Source: Candidatus Campbellbacteria bacterium GW2011_OD1_34_28 (GTDB lineage Bacteria > Patescibacteriota > Minisyncoccia > Phycocordibacterales > UBA12079). From it: a stretch of 64,000 bases of DNA. The stretch lies in assembly GCA_001029775.1 (NCBI GenBank), contig CP011215.1:618303-682302 (forward strand), given 5' to 3'. Shown one piece after another: positions 37,560-48,991 of the stretch (position 1 is its first letter; every line of letters starts with the position of its first letter). The position numbers and the translations under genes are program-made. Below the pieces are notes generated by a model that did not search any database, was not told the DNA's origin, and saw only the letters and a list, made by a program, of their open reading frames with translations.

Positions 37560-37802
37560 ATGAAAAAACCAACAATCACAGGACAAATAAACATAAAAAT
37601 ATTTGAATTGCTTGAACAACATTCAGATGGTTTACGTTGGTCAGAACTTATATTAAAAATTAAAAAATCAAATCCCAATCTTCACCCAAAGACAATCAAT
37701 GGATGTATTTGGAAACTTGTTCAAAAATTTCCTGACAAAGTCTACAAACCATCTAAAGGAGTTTTTCGTTTATTAAAATATAAAAACACCAAAACAAATT
37801 AA
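37560..37802 (+). CDS. Small winged-helix-like protein
   Basis: IFELLEQHSDGLRWSEL...VYKPSKGVFRL. Confidence 0.7.
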   Translation: MKKPTITGQINIKIFELLEQHSDGLRWSELILKIKKSNPNLHPKTINGCIWKLVQKFPDKVYKPSKGVFRLLKYKNTKTN

Positions 37803-37895
37803 TTTTTTGATACCCCTTTACACACCCCTTTAAATATATTATTCTTCAAAAAGAAATTTGATCAAAAAAGACAAAAATAACGAGGAGACTCTCAA

Positions 37896-38216
37896 ATGCC
37901 AAAACATGATCTATTTTTGTTGGTTGATTACGATGTAATAAAAAGCAAGGCTTGTTTTTCAACGAATATACAACAAGAAAAAGTCGCTGATGTTATCGTA
38001 AATTTTCTTCGAACACAAATCGGAGCAGGAAAAGACACCTCAGAAGCGAATATTCTTGATTTGTACGAGGTCGATCTTTTGTTAGACCTATCTACCGATA
38101 CATTTTCAGTATCATCAAATTGCGGAAATCTTGGTTTAAGAGACGGTATATTACATCACCTCTTCACAAAACTGAGAATTACAGAAATAAATCATGGTCA
38201 GCAACCCTCTTTCTGA
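37896..38216 (+). CDS. Hypothetical protein
   Basis: GAGGAG SD, terminator 38201-38229. Confidence 0.6.
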   Translation: MPKHDLFLLVDYDVIKSKACFSTNIQQEKVADVIVNFLRTQIGAGKDTSEANILDLYEVDLLLDLSTDTFSVSSNCGNLGLRDGILHHLFTKLRITEINHGQQPSF

Positions 38217-38322
38217 GGGTTGCTTTTTTCTCTATCAAACGCTTTACAATAATTTCTAATTTATATATAGTCTTTACTAGATAAAATGTCCTTAATATAA
38301 ACGTACAAAAAAGGTAAAACTA

Positions 38323-38904
38323 ATGTCCGATGACAAAAAAGAATTTTGTGAAAAACACCCCTATTTTAATCCTTTTGAATCAGATTGGAACAATGCAAGC
38401 AAAGAATGTAGTAAATGTTGTGGCTTGCATTATGGTGCAAAAAAAATTGGCTATTATTCTGGAGAATGCTCGCTGAAACAATATGATGTCAATAATGCGA
38501 GATTAAAAATTGGACCAATGAGCCTTGAACAATTTGGACATATACGTTTTTCATTGGGATTTGACTATCATATGAGTGATGGACCCTCATGGAACGCTGA
38601 TAGCGAAACAAGAACAATTTACTTTAAAGAAGAACTCCATGAATCTCAAATTAAAGAATTCCAAAAGAAGTGGGGTTGCAAAATAAGTAAAATTGATTGG
38701 TCTCTTCCCAAGGTTTCTTTCGTTGATGCAGAAAAAAAAGAAGGAGAAGTAACAGTCTTTGTCACAATTGGAGAAAACAATATTACCTCGTCTTGCACGT
38801 TAAAAAATGGAATGACGGCAATTGAAATATTTCGCGAATTGGATAAATTAAAATTTTTAGATATCCCGAATGACTCAATCCAAGAAAACGAAATCAAACA
38901 ATAG
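38323..38904 (+). CDS. Hypothetical protein
   Basis: 193-aa ORF, terminator 38910-38935. Confidence 0.6.
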   Translation: MSDDKKEFCEKHPYFNPFESDWNNASKECSKCCGLHYGAKKIGYYSGECSLKQYDVNNARLKIGPMSLEQFGHIRFSLGFDYHMSDGPSWNADSETRTIYFKEELHESQIKEFQKKWGCKISKIDWSLPKVSFVDAEKKEGEVTVFVTIGENNITSSCTLKNGMTAIEIFRELDKLKFLDIPNDSIQENEIKQ

Positions 38905-38989
38905 ATTCAAAGCCACCCGTTCGGGTGGTTTTTTGTTTTCGCATTTCACTTTCCTTTTAAAACCTTGTTATAAAGAGTATATTATAGAT

Positions 38990-39943
38990 ATGACAGTAGA
39001 AAGAAAATATCACAACAGAATAGTTGTTAGCTTGTCTGGAGTGCTTATATTACTCCTCGCGTTTATTGGCTTTGTCCTTTTCAAGCCAGGTATTTTCGGC
39101 GATTGGGGTATTTCTCTTATGGAAAGTCGTATAGCCAATTTAGCTTCAACATATTTGGGCTTAACAGAAAATCAATTTCTTAGTGAAGAACAATCAATCA
39201 CAATAATCAGGTCTAGAAGTGGAGGCGAAAAAGAAGAAATAATTCTTCCAATTAAAAAACCTCTCTTTGAATATATAGAAGTAGTTGATGGTTGCGATAT
39301 CCATTTTGAAGGAGAATGTCTAAATATGCGTTCCGGACCAAGCGAAGAATATCCAGTAGTCAGTAAACTTCGCAATGGCATCGTATTAAAAATAAATGGA
39401 AAAGTAGAATACGAAGGAGGGGTTTGGTACAAAGTAGTCTTTGACGAATGGCTTCGTTATTCCGACAGATTGAATGGAGACTTGTATGTAAATGCCGATT
39501 ATGTAAAAGTTCTTCTTGATGAAGGAATAAAAACTGTAGAAGACAACGAACATTCCACCACAACGACAAAAAAAATTATTGTTAATAGGACGACTCAAAC
39601 ACTTTCTGCTTATGAAGGAGAAAAATTGTTTATGGAAGAATTAATATCTACTGGTTTAGAGTTAAGTCCGACTCCTCGTGGAGAATTTCTAATTTTCAGA
39701 AAAACACCAAGCAGGTATATGCAAGGACCAATTGCTGGGTTAGCAGGCAGTGATTATTATGATTTGCCCGGAGTTCCTTGGAATCTTTATTTTACACACG
39801 GAGGAGCTGTAATTCATGGAGCATATTGGCATGATAGTTTTGGTTCGGAATACTCACATGGTTGTGTAAATATGCCACCAGATAAAGCAAGAGAGCTCTA
39901 TAATTGGGCGGAAATAGGCACACATGTGGTTGTAACTGATTAA
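38990..39943 (+). CDS. L,D-transpeptidase (YkuD) with SH3b-like domain and N-terminal TM
   Basis: LNMRSGPS; ISTG..TPRG; IHGAYWH..FG...SHGCVNM. Confidence 0.92.
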   Translation: MTVERKYHNRIVVSLSGVLILLLAFIGFVLFKPGIFGDWGISLMESRIANLASTYLGLTENQFLSEEQSITIIRSRSGGEKEEIILPIKKPLFEYIEVVDGCDIHFEGECLNMRSGPSEEYPVVSKLRNGIVLKINGKVEYEGGVWYKVVFDEWLRYSDRLNGDLYVNADYVKVLLDEGIKTVEDNEHSTTTTKKIIVNRTTQTLSAYEGEKLFMEELISTGLELSPTPRGEFLIFRKTPSRYMQGPIAGLAGSDYYDLPGVPWNLYFTHGGAVIHGAYWHDSFGSEYSHGCVNMPPDKARELYNWAEIGTHVVVTD

Positions 39944-40104
39944 TAAAGGAACAAATACAAAACATCCGCACTGGGATTGTTGCAATCGCAACAATTGTGG
40001 TATGGGTGTTTTTTCATTAAAAACTTGTAATAAAACCTCTCATTTATCACACAACAAATCTAACAAAAAGTACATTGTTTTGCCCTTCAACATAGTATAC
40101 AATT

Positions 40105-40938
40105 TTGAGTAATTTGAAACACAGAAACACAATTTTCATAACGACGTGTGTGACAATTTTTCTAGCAGTACTGATCAACTCTGTGCCTATTATTTTTTCT
40201 CCAAAAAAATCTATTGAGAAATCTTACTCTTCCCTACCACAATTTCAATCACAAATAAAACAAAATTTTTCAACTTTTGAAAATGATTTAACTCTCTTTA
40301 CAACAATCCCCCCTAATAAGAATGTGGACATTCCTAAAAAAGATAAGATAACTACAACGGTCACCACTCGTGAAAATGAAAACACCTCTAAAGAAGTTAA
40401 AGTAATTGAAACAATCACTCCCGATAAAGAAGAAACAGAAAATTCTTTTTTTGATGTTCCTTTTTTCTCACAATTTAAAGATATTAGTTCTTCAAACTGG
40501 CAAAAGGTAGGGTGTGGAATCGCGAGTCTGGGGATGATTATTAATTATTATGAACCAAAAGAAATTTCTGTTAATGCACTTCTCAATGAAGGTATAAATT
40601 CTGGAGCATACATAAATGACGCTGGATGGTCACATCAAGGTTTAGCAAATCTTGCAGATAAACACGGTCTTGTAGGATCAACTTATGACTTTTCGGCATC
40701 AAGTATGGAAGTAGCTTTTGCCAAATTTGAAAACTCCCTAAAAGAAGGACCTGTTATTGCTTCGGTTCACTATACATTTGATCCTTCAAACCCAATTCCC
40801 CATCTGGCAGTAATCAATGGAATAGAAGGAGATACTTTGCACTATAGTGATCCCGCAGAAGGACAAGGAACAATATCTGTAGAAAAATTTAAACGAGCAT
40901 GGAAGAAAAGATATATTAAAATAAGACCGAGTGTCTAA
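40105..40938 (+). CDS. C39-like cysteine peptidase domain protein
   Basis: VPFFSQ...GCGIASLGM; PVIASV...HLAVING...DP. Confidence 0.85.
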   Translation: MSNLKHRNTIFITTCVTIFLAVLINSVPIIFSPKKSIEKSYSSLPQFQSQIKQNFSTFENDLTLFTTIPPNKNVDIPKKDKITTTVTTRENENTSKEVKVIETITPDKEETENSFFDVPFFSQFKDISSSNWQKVGCGIASLGMIINYYEPKEISVNALLNEGINSGAYINDAGWSHQGLANLADKHGLVGSTYDFSASSMEVAFAKFENSLKEGPVIASVHYTFDPSNPIPHLAVINGIEGDTLHYSDPAEGQGTISVEKFKRAWKKRYIKIRPSV

Positions 40939-41034
40939 ATAACAAAAGAAAAATCGTCTTTGAAAGACGATTTTTCTTTTGTCTTTACGACTTATGCTAT
41001 AATTTTATTATAGTAATTAATCTTAAAAAAATTT

Positions 41035-41949
41035 ATGAAAAACCTTATAATAATATTAGTCGTCATAATTTTACTAGGGGTTGGAGCATATTTTATGTTT
41101 CCAAATTTATTTTCAACAGTTATTTCTATAGATAATAAAAACGAAAATAACGATAATATAGCAACTTCAACAGACGATGACACATCAACACTCACAGATC
41201 AAAATGAAGTGGAATCAATTTTAGGAAAATCATATGGCGGAAGAGATATTCCTGTATATCAATTTGGTAATGGAGATACAAAAATATTATTTGTTGGAGG
41301 AGTCCATGGAGGCTATGCATGGAACACATCTCTTCTTGCACAAGAAATGATTTCTTATTTAAAAGAGAGTCCAGAAATAATTCCGAAAAATGTGACAGTG
41401 ACGATTGTGCCCATATTAAATCCGGATGGTTTAGATAAAATAATAAAACAACCTTCTTTATCCAGTCTTTCAAACAACCCTCCTCAATTGGCTAACACAA
41501 TAGAAGGAAGATTTAATGGAAACAATGTAGACCTAAATAGAAATTTTGATTGCGATTGGAAAGCAAATGCTACTTGGCAAAACAGAACAGTCAGCGGAGG
41601 AGACGAAGTATTTTCTGAACCAGAAAGTCAGGCAATCAAAAATTATATAGAAAGAGAAAACCCCACAGCAGTGGTTGTTTGGTATAGTGCAGCAGGAGGA
41701 GTATTTTCTTCAAGTTGTCATAATGGGATTTTAGAAGAAACAAGAAAACTAACAAATACGTATGGTAAAGCATCTGGCTATCCTACATACGATGAATTTG
41801 TTTCTTATGAGGTAACAGGAGATATGGTAAATTGGCTAGCAAAAGAAGGTATTCCAGCAATTAGCGTCCTTCTTACTAACCACAACGATATTGAATGGAC
41901 AAAAAACAAAGCTGGAATAGAAGCAATACTTAATTACTACGCTGAATAA
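41035..41949 (+). CDS. M14 zinc carboxypeptidase-like (MpaA-like), anchored
   Basis: VGGVHGGYA, NPDG, RFNGNNVDLNRNF, SEPE; several metal/catalytic positions substituted. Confidence 0.85.
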   Translation: MKNLIIILVVIILLGVGAYFMFPNLFSTVISIDNKNENNDNIATSTDDDTSTLTDQNEVESILGKSYGGRDIPVYQFGNGDTKILFVGGVHGGYAWNTSLLAQEMISYLKESPEIIPKNVTVTIVPILNPDGLDKIIKQPSLSSLSNNPPQLANTIEGRFNGNNVDLNRNFDCDWKANATWQNRTVSGGDEVFSEPESQAIKNYIERENPTAVVVWYSAAGGVFSSSCHNGILEETRKLTNTYGKASGYPTYDEFVSYEVTGDMVNWLAKEGIPAISVLLTNHNDIEWTKNKAGIEAILNYYAE

Positions 41950-42806
41950 TGAAAAAATTTTTTATAGGTAGAGCCATTGGTTTTATTGTAGTTATTGTCG
42001 TATTCATTATCGGATATTTTATTTTAGATTTTTTTAAAAATGATGAAATAGTAGAAAAAATAATTTCTTCTACAAAGACTATAATCGGGCAATCGGTTGA
42101 AAAAAGAAATATTGAGGCTTATACATTTGGTGACGGAGAAAAACATCTTTTGTTTGTTGGAGGAATTCACGGAGGATATGAGTGGAATAGTGTACTTTTG
42201 GCATACCAACTAATTGACTATCTAGAAATAAATAAGGAAATAATCCCCAAAGATATAACTGTCACAGTGATTGCATCAGCCAATCCAGACGGAATATTTG
42301 AGGTGACAAATAAAAACGGACGCTTTTATCTTTCCGATCTTTCGTCGGGTGATAAGTCTCTTGCCAGATTTAATGCAAACGATGTTGATCTGAACAGAAA
42401 TTTTGATTGCAAATGGCAATCAGAAAGCACGTGGAGGGGCAATCCTGTTAGTGCTGGCACGAGTGTTTTTTCAGAACCAGAAGCACAGACGATTAGAGAT
42501 TTTGTTTTAGAAAATAAACCAGTAGCAGTTGTATTTTTTCACAGCCAATCTAACGCTGTTTACGCATCAGAATGTGAAGACGGAATCCTTTCAGAAACTC
42601 TTGATATTATGAATATTTATTCAGATGCCTCGGGTTATCCAGCGATTGATACTTTTGACGCTTATGAGATAACGGGTGATGCAGAAGGGTGGCTAGCTTC
42701 TATCAAGATTCCAGCAATTACAGTCGAGCTGTCTACTCACGAAACAATTGAATGGGACAAAAACCTCGCAGGAGTTAAAGCCTTGTTTGAATATTATAGT
42801 AATTAA
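41949..42806 (+). CDS. M14 zinc carboxypeptidase (MpaA-like), anchored
   Basis: GGIHGGYE, NPDG, VDLNRNF, SEPE, FFHS, ITVEL. Confidence 0.9.
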   Translation: MKKFFIGRAIGFIVVIVVFIIGYFILDFFKNDEIVEKIISSTKTIIGQSVEKRNIEAYTFGDGEKHLLFVGGIHGGYEWNSVLLAYQLIDYLEINKEIIPKDITVTVIASANPDGIFEVTNKNGRFYLSDLSSGDKSLARFNANDVDLNRNFDCKWQSESTWRGNPVSAGTSVFSEPEAQTIRDFVLENKPVAVVFFHSQSNAVYASECEDGILSETLDIMNIYSDASGYPAIDTFDAYEITGDAEGWLASIKIPAITVELSTHETIEWDKNLAGVKALFEYYSN

Positions 42807-42872
42807 ACAACACACCACAAAAAACCGCCCACTAGATGTGGGCGGTTTTTGTGTAAAACACTATTTAATATT

Positions 42873-43562
42873 TTACTTCTTTTTCTTTTTTGTTACTGTC
42901 TTTTTTGTTGCAACCTTTTTTGCAATTACTTTTTTAGCTACAACTGGTTTTTTAGGAGCGGTCTTTTTTGCCTTGGTTGTTTTCTCTGTTTTAACTGTTG
43001 GTTTATCCATTGTTTTTACCAACACTTTTTTAAGAGCAGTGATATCAATTTCTTTTTTAGGAGCTCTTTCAAATTTTTTGTATTTAGGAGCGTCTGTTGA
43101 AAATTCTGATTCCTCTGTCTTTCCAGCATTTTGATCAAGATTTAAAACCTTCAAAATTTTATCCAATTTTGTATTCAACATTTCAAACTGAGATTTGTAA
43201 TTTTGAGTATCTTTAGATGAATCATTTTGAAAAGGTTTTCTGTCCTCAAAACGAGGTCTTGAATCTCTTCTACCAAAGTCTCTATTTCCACCGTCTCTGG
43301 AACCTTGAAAAGAATCACCTTTTTTTGATTTGAAACAATCGCTACAAAGGACAGGTTTTCCCGCTGTTGGACGAAAAGGAACTTCACAATTCTTTTTACA
43401 TTCGTCACAAATTGCTTTGTGCATTTCTACATTTCCTCTATCTCCTCTATCTCTTCCGCCTCCAAAGCTTCTTCCTCCTCTGTCTCCACCAAAACTTCTT
43501 CCGCTTCCGCCAAATTTCTTGCCACCTCCACCAAATTTTTTTCCTTTATCAAAATTATTCAT
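42873..43562 (-). CDS. CxxC-x17-CxxC domain protein with RGG-rich N-terminus and Lys/Ala-rich tail
   Basis: MHKAICDECKKNCEVPFRP..GKPVLCSDCF. Confidence 0.88.
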   Translation of the reverse strand: MNNFDKGKKFGGGGKKFGGSGRSFGGDRGGRSFGGGRDRGDRGNVEMHKAICDECKKNCEVPFRPTAGKPVLCSDCFKSKKGDSFQGSRDGGNRDFGRRDSRPRFEDRKPFQNDSSKDTQNYKSQFEMLNTKLDKILKVLNLDQNAGKTEESEFSTDAPKYKKFERAPKKEIDITALKKVLVKTMDKPTVKTEKTTKAKKTAPKKPVVAKKVIAKKVATKKTVTKKKKK

Positions 43563-43673
43563 ATGATTTATGTTAATATTATCAGGTAAGTCTATGCTTT
43601 TTATTCATTAAAAGCAATGATATTGAACAGCTATTACAAACAAATCAATTTATTGTTAAAATTAACCCTATGA

Positions 43674-43776
43674 ATCCCGTTAGAAATTTTTATTCACGCG
43701 GGAACATAAATAAAATAAAAGTGCTAAAATTATTTTAAAGTTAAACTATTATCAATATTAAAATTTCTAACGGGAT
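43674..43776. mobile_element. ~103-bp element with perfect 17-bp terminal inverted repeats at the start of the next gene
   Basis: ATCCCGTTAGAAATTTT ... AAAATTTCTAACGGGAT(G). Confidence 0.6.
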
Positions 43777-44710
43777 GAAAGAAAAAATTGTAAATTTCCT
43801 TAATCAAAAGATCTCACACATAGTCGTCGTCAGCTTGTTATTTTTTGTAACAATCCCCGCAGTTGCTTTTGGTTTTTGGTATGGATATAAAAGCGTTACA
43901 GAATTATCTGAACAAATAAATTCTCTCTCAAAAAATATAGAACAAATAAAAACAGAACTTTCCTCTACAACTGTCGCTTTTGAAGATAACATCAGCAGAA
44001 CACAAGAATCATTAAGCAAAGAAATTTCAAGAGAAAAAGAAAATCTTGAATCAAAATTATCAAATGTTCAAGCAGAAGTTGGCTCTGTTTCTGGTACTGT
44101 GAATACTTTGGAAAAATTGAGTAAAACAGATCCTGAACTTTTGCAAAAGTATTCAAAAGTATTTTTCCTAAGCGAACATTATGCTCCATCTCGTTTAGCC
44201 GAAATACCCAATGAATACAAATATTCTGAAAATAAAACTCATTTATTTTATGAGAGTGCCTACCCTTATTTAAAAAATATGCTAAAGACAGCAAAAACAG
44301 CCGGTGTAGAAATATATGTGTATTCCGCCTATCGTTCTTTTGACACACAGGAGGCTCTCAAAGGACAATACACGATTACATACGGATCTGGAACAGCCAA
44401 TCAATTTTCCGCAGATCAAGGATACTCGGAACATCAAATAGGAACCACGGTTGATTTGATAACAACAGGACTGGGGGGTTCATTATCAGGATTTGATAAC
44501 ACAAAAGCTTACACTTGGCTTTTGCAAAATGCATACAAATTTGGATTTGTTCTTTCTTATCCAAAAGGAAACAGCTATTACATCTATGAACCTTGGCACT
44601 GGAGATTTGTCGGAGTTGAATTGGCAACTTATTTAAAAAATAATAATAAATATTTTTACGATTTAAGCCAAAGAGAGATTGACGAATATTTGGTTTCTAT
44701 TTTTGATTAA
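43775..44710 (+). CDS. D-Ala-D-Ala carboxypeptidase (VanY/M15B) with TM and coiled-coil stalk
   Basis: SAYRS, SA..GYSEHQIG..VD, YEPWHWRFVG. Confidence 0.92.
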   Translation: MKEKIVNFLNQKISHIVVVSLLFFVTIPAVAFGFWYGYKSVTELSEQINSLSKNIEQIKTELSSTTVAFEDNISRTQESLSKEISREKENLESKLSNVQAEVGSVSGTVNTLEKLSKTDPELLQKYSKVFFLSEHYAPSRLAEIPNEYKYSENKTHLFYESAYPYLKNMLKTAKTAGVEIYVYSAYRSFDTQEALKGQYTITYGSGTANQFSADQGYSEHQIGTTVDLITTGLGGSLSGFDNTKAYTWLLQNAYKFGFVLSYPKGNSYYIYEPWHWRFVGVELATYLKNNNKYFYDLSQREIDEYLVSIFD

Positions 44711-44724
44711 CTTTACAAAAACTT

Positions 44725-44764
44725 AATGTGTATAAAAAGAACGACCGTACTTTTTATACACATT
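44725..44764. repeat. CG-AC-CG-centred palindrome (19-bp arms)
   Basis: AATGTGTATAAAAAGAACG-AC-CGTACTTTTTATACACATT. Confidence 0.85.
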
Positions 44765-44780
44765 TTATTTTATATAAAAT

Positions 44781-45998
44781 TTATATAAATTCTTTTCTTC
44801 GTTTTTGTTTGTGAAATTTGATAGCAAAACGATGTGCTTCACTATTTGCAAGCAAAATATCTCTTTCATTTTTACTTATTATTTCAGAGTTACCTAAAAA
44901 GCCTCTTGCTCTGTGGTGTTCGTCTTTTGTCACCGCAACAACCGATATTTTATATCCAAAATCTGACAAAACTTTTTCAGCAATATTTTTTTGTGCCTTT
45001 CCACCGTCAACAATTATTATTTTTGGCATTCTCCATTCATCGTGTGCAAATCTTCTTTCCAATATTTCTTTTAATGCTCCCGTATCTCCACCCCCAACAC
45101 TACGAATATTAAATTTTTTGTATTCAGATGTTTTTATCATTCCCCCTTCAATGACTGTCATCACCCCTACCCTGTTTTTTTCCGACATATGAGCAATATC
45201 GTACGCTTCTATCCTGTTTCCTTCAGAGATATTCTGTTCTTTTAATAAAGCGATATCTTGAATATGTGACAAAGCAAAAATCTGTCTCTTTGTCTTGTCT
45301 GCTTTTTCAAATTCTTGTTTTTTAACAAAATCTTTCATATCTTTTTCCAATTTTTTCAAAAGAGATTCTTTTTTGCCCTCAAAAAACATTTTTATACTTC
45401 TGACAGTCTTGTTATAATCGCTTTTCAAAACGACAGAAAAATCAGGAGATAATCCCAATTCTACATTTAAACCAGACTTTATCTTTTTTTTATTTAGGTC
45501 TCGGGGACCTAAGTCTTTTTCACCACGAAATGGAAAAATCTTTCTGACTATTTTCAATGCCTCTTTTAGTTGTAGTGCATAAGGAAAAGGTCCAAACTGA
45601 TATTTGATATCAAAGCCCAAATTTTCTTTGTGTTGTAAATCGTGTTCACGAACCAAAATTATACGAGGATATTCTTCGTTCGTTATTACGACATGATTGT
45701 AGCTCTTGTTATCTTTACCAATTGTATTAGCAGAAGGATTGTGTTTTTTAATCAAATTGGCTTCCAAAATCAACGCTTCTAAAACGGAATCGGTTTCTTT
45801 CCAATCTATATCATCTACCAACTCCATCATTTTTGTTATCTTTGGCCCCCTTCTCAAAACAAGATCATCACCAAAATAACTCTTTATTCTATCGTGCAAA
45901 GAAGTTGCTTTTCCGATATACAAGACGGACTTGTTTTTTTTGAATAGGTAAACACCTGGAGAATCAGGCATTTTTTTAAGCTTTTGAGATAAATTCAT
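44781..45998 (-). CDS. uvrC: Excinuclease ABC subunit C (short form without C-terminal HhH)
   Basis: PDSPGVY..YIGKA GIY-YIG; RIEAYDIAH; IVDGGKAQ; EAHRFA. Confidence 0.92.
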   Translation of the reverse strand: MNLSQKLKKMPDSPGVYLFKKNKSVLYIGKATSLHDRIKSYFGDDLVLRRGPKITKMMELVDDIDWKETDSVLEALILEANLIKKHNPSANTIGKDNKSYNHVVITNEEYPRIILVREHDLQHKENLGFDIKYQFGPFPYALQLKEALKIVRKIFPFRGEKDLGPRDLNKKKIKSGLNVELGLSPDFSVVLKSDYNKTVRSIKMFFEGKKESLLKKLEKDMKDFVKKQEFEKADKTKRQIFALSHIQDIALLKEQNISEGNRIEAYDIAHMSEKNRVGVMTVIEGGMIKTSEYKKFNIRSVGGGDTGALKEILERRFAHDEWRMPKIIIVDGGKAQKNIAEKVLSDFGYKISVVAVTKDEHHRARGFLGNSEIISKNERDILLANSEAHRFAIKFHKQKRRKEFI

Positions 45999-46135
45999 AT
46001 TTTAAATTCCAAATTACAAGCACCAAACCACAAACAATATTCAAATTCTAATAACCAAAATTCAAAACTATTTAGTATTTGATGTTTATTATTTAATTTT
46101 TGTTTGTAATTTGTTATTTGTAATTTGTGATTTTG

Positions 46136-48757
46136 CTACTTCAGATATCTTTTCAGATAATCACCAGTATAAGACCCTTCGGTCTCTGCCACTTCTTCCG
46201 GTGTTCCTTTTGCAACCATTTTTCCTCCGCCAATACCACCATCTGGTCCGATATCTATAATATAATCCGAAGATTTTATTAAATCCATATTGTGCTCAAT
46301 CACAACAACAGTGTTGCCTCGGTCCACCAATTTTTGCAATATTTCTATCAGTTTTTTTACATCATCATAATGCAGACCGATTGTTGGTTCGTCCAAAAGA
46401 TAAATAGTTTTTTGAGTGATTGGGCGATACAATTCGGAAGAGATTTTTACTCTCTGAGACTCTCCTCCCGATAATGTAGATGCAGGTTGTCCCAATTCTA
46501 AATATCCAAGTCCTACATCCATCAATGTTTTCAACCTATCATAAATTGCTGGAATATCCTCAAAAAATTGTAACGCTTCTTCTACTGTCATAGACAAAAC
46601 ATCGTGTATATTTTTACCTTTGTATTTTATTTCCAAAGTTTCTTTGGTAAATCTTTTTCCATTACATACATCACAATTTACATGAACCGTCGGTAAAAAG
46701 TGCATCTCTACAGCGATTTCTCCCTTTCCTTCACACGCTTCACAACGACCACCTTTCACATTGAAAGAAAATCTGTTAGCCTTCCAACCTCTTGCTCGCG
46801 CCTCGCTAGTATAAGCAAAAAGATCTCGGATATGCGTAAAAGTACCCGTGTATGTTGCAGGATTTGAACGACTGGTTCTGCCGATTGAAGACTGATCAAT
46901 CAAGATCACACGACTCAAATATTCTGTACCAGTAAATTTTGCACAATTAAAAACAGAAGCAGAACGATACTTTCTATCAAATCTTGCCTGCAAATTTTTA
47001 TGTAATATTTCATACATAAAACTGGATTTTCCAGAACCAGAAACACCTGTGATTGTCACAAATTTTCCCAAAGGCACTTCTGCCTTCATATTTTTTATAT
47101 TAAATACTTTTCCTCCTTCTATTTTTAGAGAACCCTTGTCACTCGTCCTTCTTTTTTCTGGCAATTCTATTTTCTTTTCTTCTCGCAAATATGCCAAAGT
47201 ATTTGAACCAGAATCGTTATATTTTGCCTTTAACAAATCATCTAAGTATCCAGAAACTATTACTTCTCCTCCGTGCACACCCGCCCCTGGACCGATATCA
47301 ACAAGATAGTCGGCAGAAAAAATAGTATCCTCGTCGTGTTCTACAACAATAATAGTATTGCCCAAATCTTTCAATCTCAACAATGTCTTTATCAATCTGT
47401 CGTTGTCTTTAGAATGAAGTCCTATTGTCGGTTCGTCCAAAACATACAAAGCACCAACAAGCCCAGAACCAAGCTGACTTGCTAGACGAATTCTTTGAGC
47501 TTCTCCACCAGACAAAGTATTGGCGCGTCTATCCAATGTTAAATATTCAATACCAACATTTATCATAAAACTTAATCTCTCCAAAATCTCTCGCACCACT
47601 ACTTCTGAGATTTCTTTTTCTTTTTCGCTCATTTTTACATTTTCAAAAAAATCTTTTGCGTCTGAAACAGAAAGAGCTGTCAATTCTACTATATTTTTTT
47701 TACCCCATTTTTCGCTAGTCAAAAAAATATTCAAAGCCTCTGGTCGCAAACGAGCACCATTACACACAGGGCAAGATTCTTTCACCCAAAAATCTGCAGT
47801 TCCTAAACCGTTACATTCTGGACATGCTCCATAAGGCGAATTGAAAGAAAAAAGTCTTGGCTCTATTTCAGGATATGAATATCCGTCAAAAGGACAAGAA
47901 AATTTTGTAGAAAGTAACAATTCTTCTTTGTCTGAGAAAACATTTTTTACAAGACCGTTTGATTCTATTACTGCTTTTTCAATAGCGTCACGCAATCTCT
48001 CCAATGTCGCTTTTTTAAGTGATTCTTTGATCCCAATCAAATCTTCTTTTTTATCATATTCAAAATCAGATAAATCAATACTATCAATCACAATACTGAT
48101 ATCGTGTTTTTTTGTTTTAGTTAATTCTATTTTTTCTCGCAAACTATATTTTTTGCCATCTATTACAACACTTGTATATCCTTTACCTAAATAATCATAC
48201 AGCAACTGGTAATACTCGCCTTTTCTACCTCGGACAACTGGTGCTAAAATATCCAATTTTTTTGTTCCCTCTTTAGATTTTTCTTTTATTTTTTTCAAAA
48301 TAAATTTTTGAATTTCTTCGTTAGAAAGTTTTTCTATTTTTCTTCCGCATTCCAGACAATATGGGTGACCAACACGCGCATACAAAATACGCAAATAATC
48401 ATAAATTTCTGTGATGGTCGCTACGGTTGAACGAGGGTTGTTGGAACGAGATTTTTGATCAATAGAAATTGCAGGAGAAAGTCCGATAATTTCGTCTACA
48501 TCCGGTTTTTGCATTTGAGAAATAAATTGTCTGGCATAAGCGGAAAGCGATTCAATATATTTTCTCTGACCCTCGGCAAAAATAGTATCAAAAACGAGAG
48601 AAGATTTTCCGGAACCAGAAAGACCCGTAACCGCGACCATTTTGTTTCTAGGCATTTTTACGGTGATGTTTTTGAGGTTATGTGTCCTTGCTCCTCGCAC
48701 CTCAATCCAATCGTGTGGGTTAACCCCGCTATTCTTTTTTTCTTTTTCTTTTGACAT
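46136..48757 (-). CDS. uvrA: Excinuclease ABC subunit A
   Basis: [27 protein letters not shown], second ABC domain, Zn fingers. Confidence 0.97.
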   Translation of the reverse strand: MSKEKEKKNSGVNPHDWIEVRGARTHNLKNITVKMPRNKMVAVTGLSGSGKSSLVFDTIFAEGQRKYIESLSAYARQFISQMQKPDVDEIIGLSPAISIDQKSRSNNPRSTVATITEIYDYLRILYARVGHPYCLECGRKIEKLSNEEIQKFILKKIKEKSKEGTKKLDILAPVVRGRKGEYYQLLYDYLGKGYTSVVIDGKKYSLREKIELTKTKKHDISIVIDSIDLSDFEYDKKEDLIGIKESLKKATLERLRDAIEKAVIESNGLVKNVFSDKEELLLSTKFSCPFDGYSYPEIEPRLFSFNSPYGACPECNGLGTADFWVKESCPVCNGARLRPEALNIFLTSEKWGKKNIVELTALSVSDAKDFFENVKMSEKEKEISEVVVREILERLSFMINVGIEYLTLDRRANTLSGGEAQRIRLASQLGSGLVGALYVLDEPTIGLHSKDNDRLIKTLLRLKDLGNTIIVVEHDEDTIFSADYLVDIGPGAGVHGGEVIVSGYLDDLLKAKYNDSGSNTLAYLREEKKIELPEKRRTSDKGSLKIEGGKVFNIKNMKAEVPLGKFVTITGVSGSGKSSFMYEILHKNLQARFDRKYRSASVFNCAKFTGTEYLSRVILIDQSSIGRTSRSNPATYTGTFTHIRDLFAYTSEARARGWKANRFSFNVKGGRCEACEGKGEIAVEMHFLPTVHVNCDVCNGKRFTKETLEIKYKGKNIHDVLSMTVEEALQFFEDIPAIYDRLKTLMDVGLGYLELGQPASTLSGGESQRVKISSELYRPITQKTIYLLDEPTIGLHYDDVKKLIEILQKLVDRGNTVVVIEHNMDLIKSSDYIIDIGPDGGIGGGKMVAKGTPEEVAETEGSYTGDYLKRYLK

Positions 48758-48991
48758 AGTTTTTTAAAAAGCTAACAGCTAATAGCCGATAGCTTATAGC
48801 AACAACGAACGAATTTTTGCGAAGCAAAAATTCGTCTCCACCTAAACGCTACACGCTAAACCCTATACCCTTATCATTTCCTCAGAAATGATAAAACTCC
48901 CCCTGAAGAGGATTACTTCTATATAGTAATTGAATAGAAAACCAAAAGCAACGATTTGGGGTTTATTTAATTTTTATTTCTTACTGGGGTT

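Noticed and set aside
44781-48757. Short UvrC and UvrA as pseudogenes
   Set aside because: Reading frames are intact with catalytic motifs present; compact forms fit a reduced genome.
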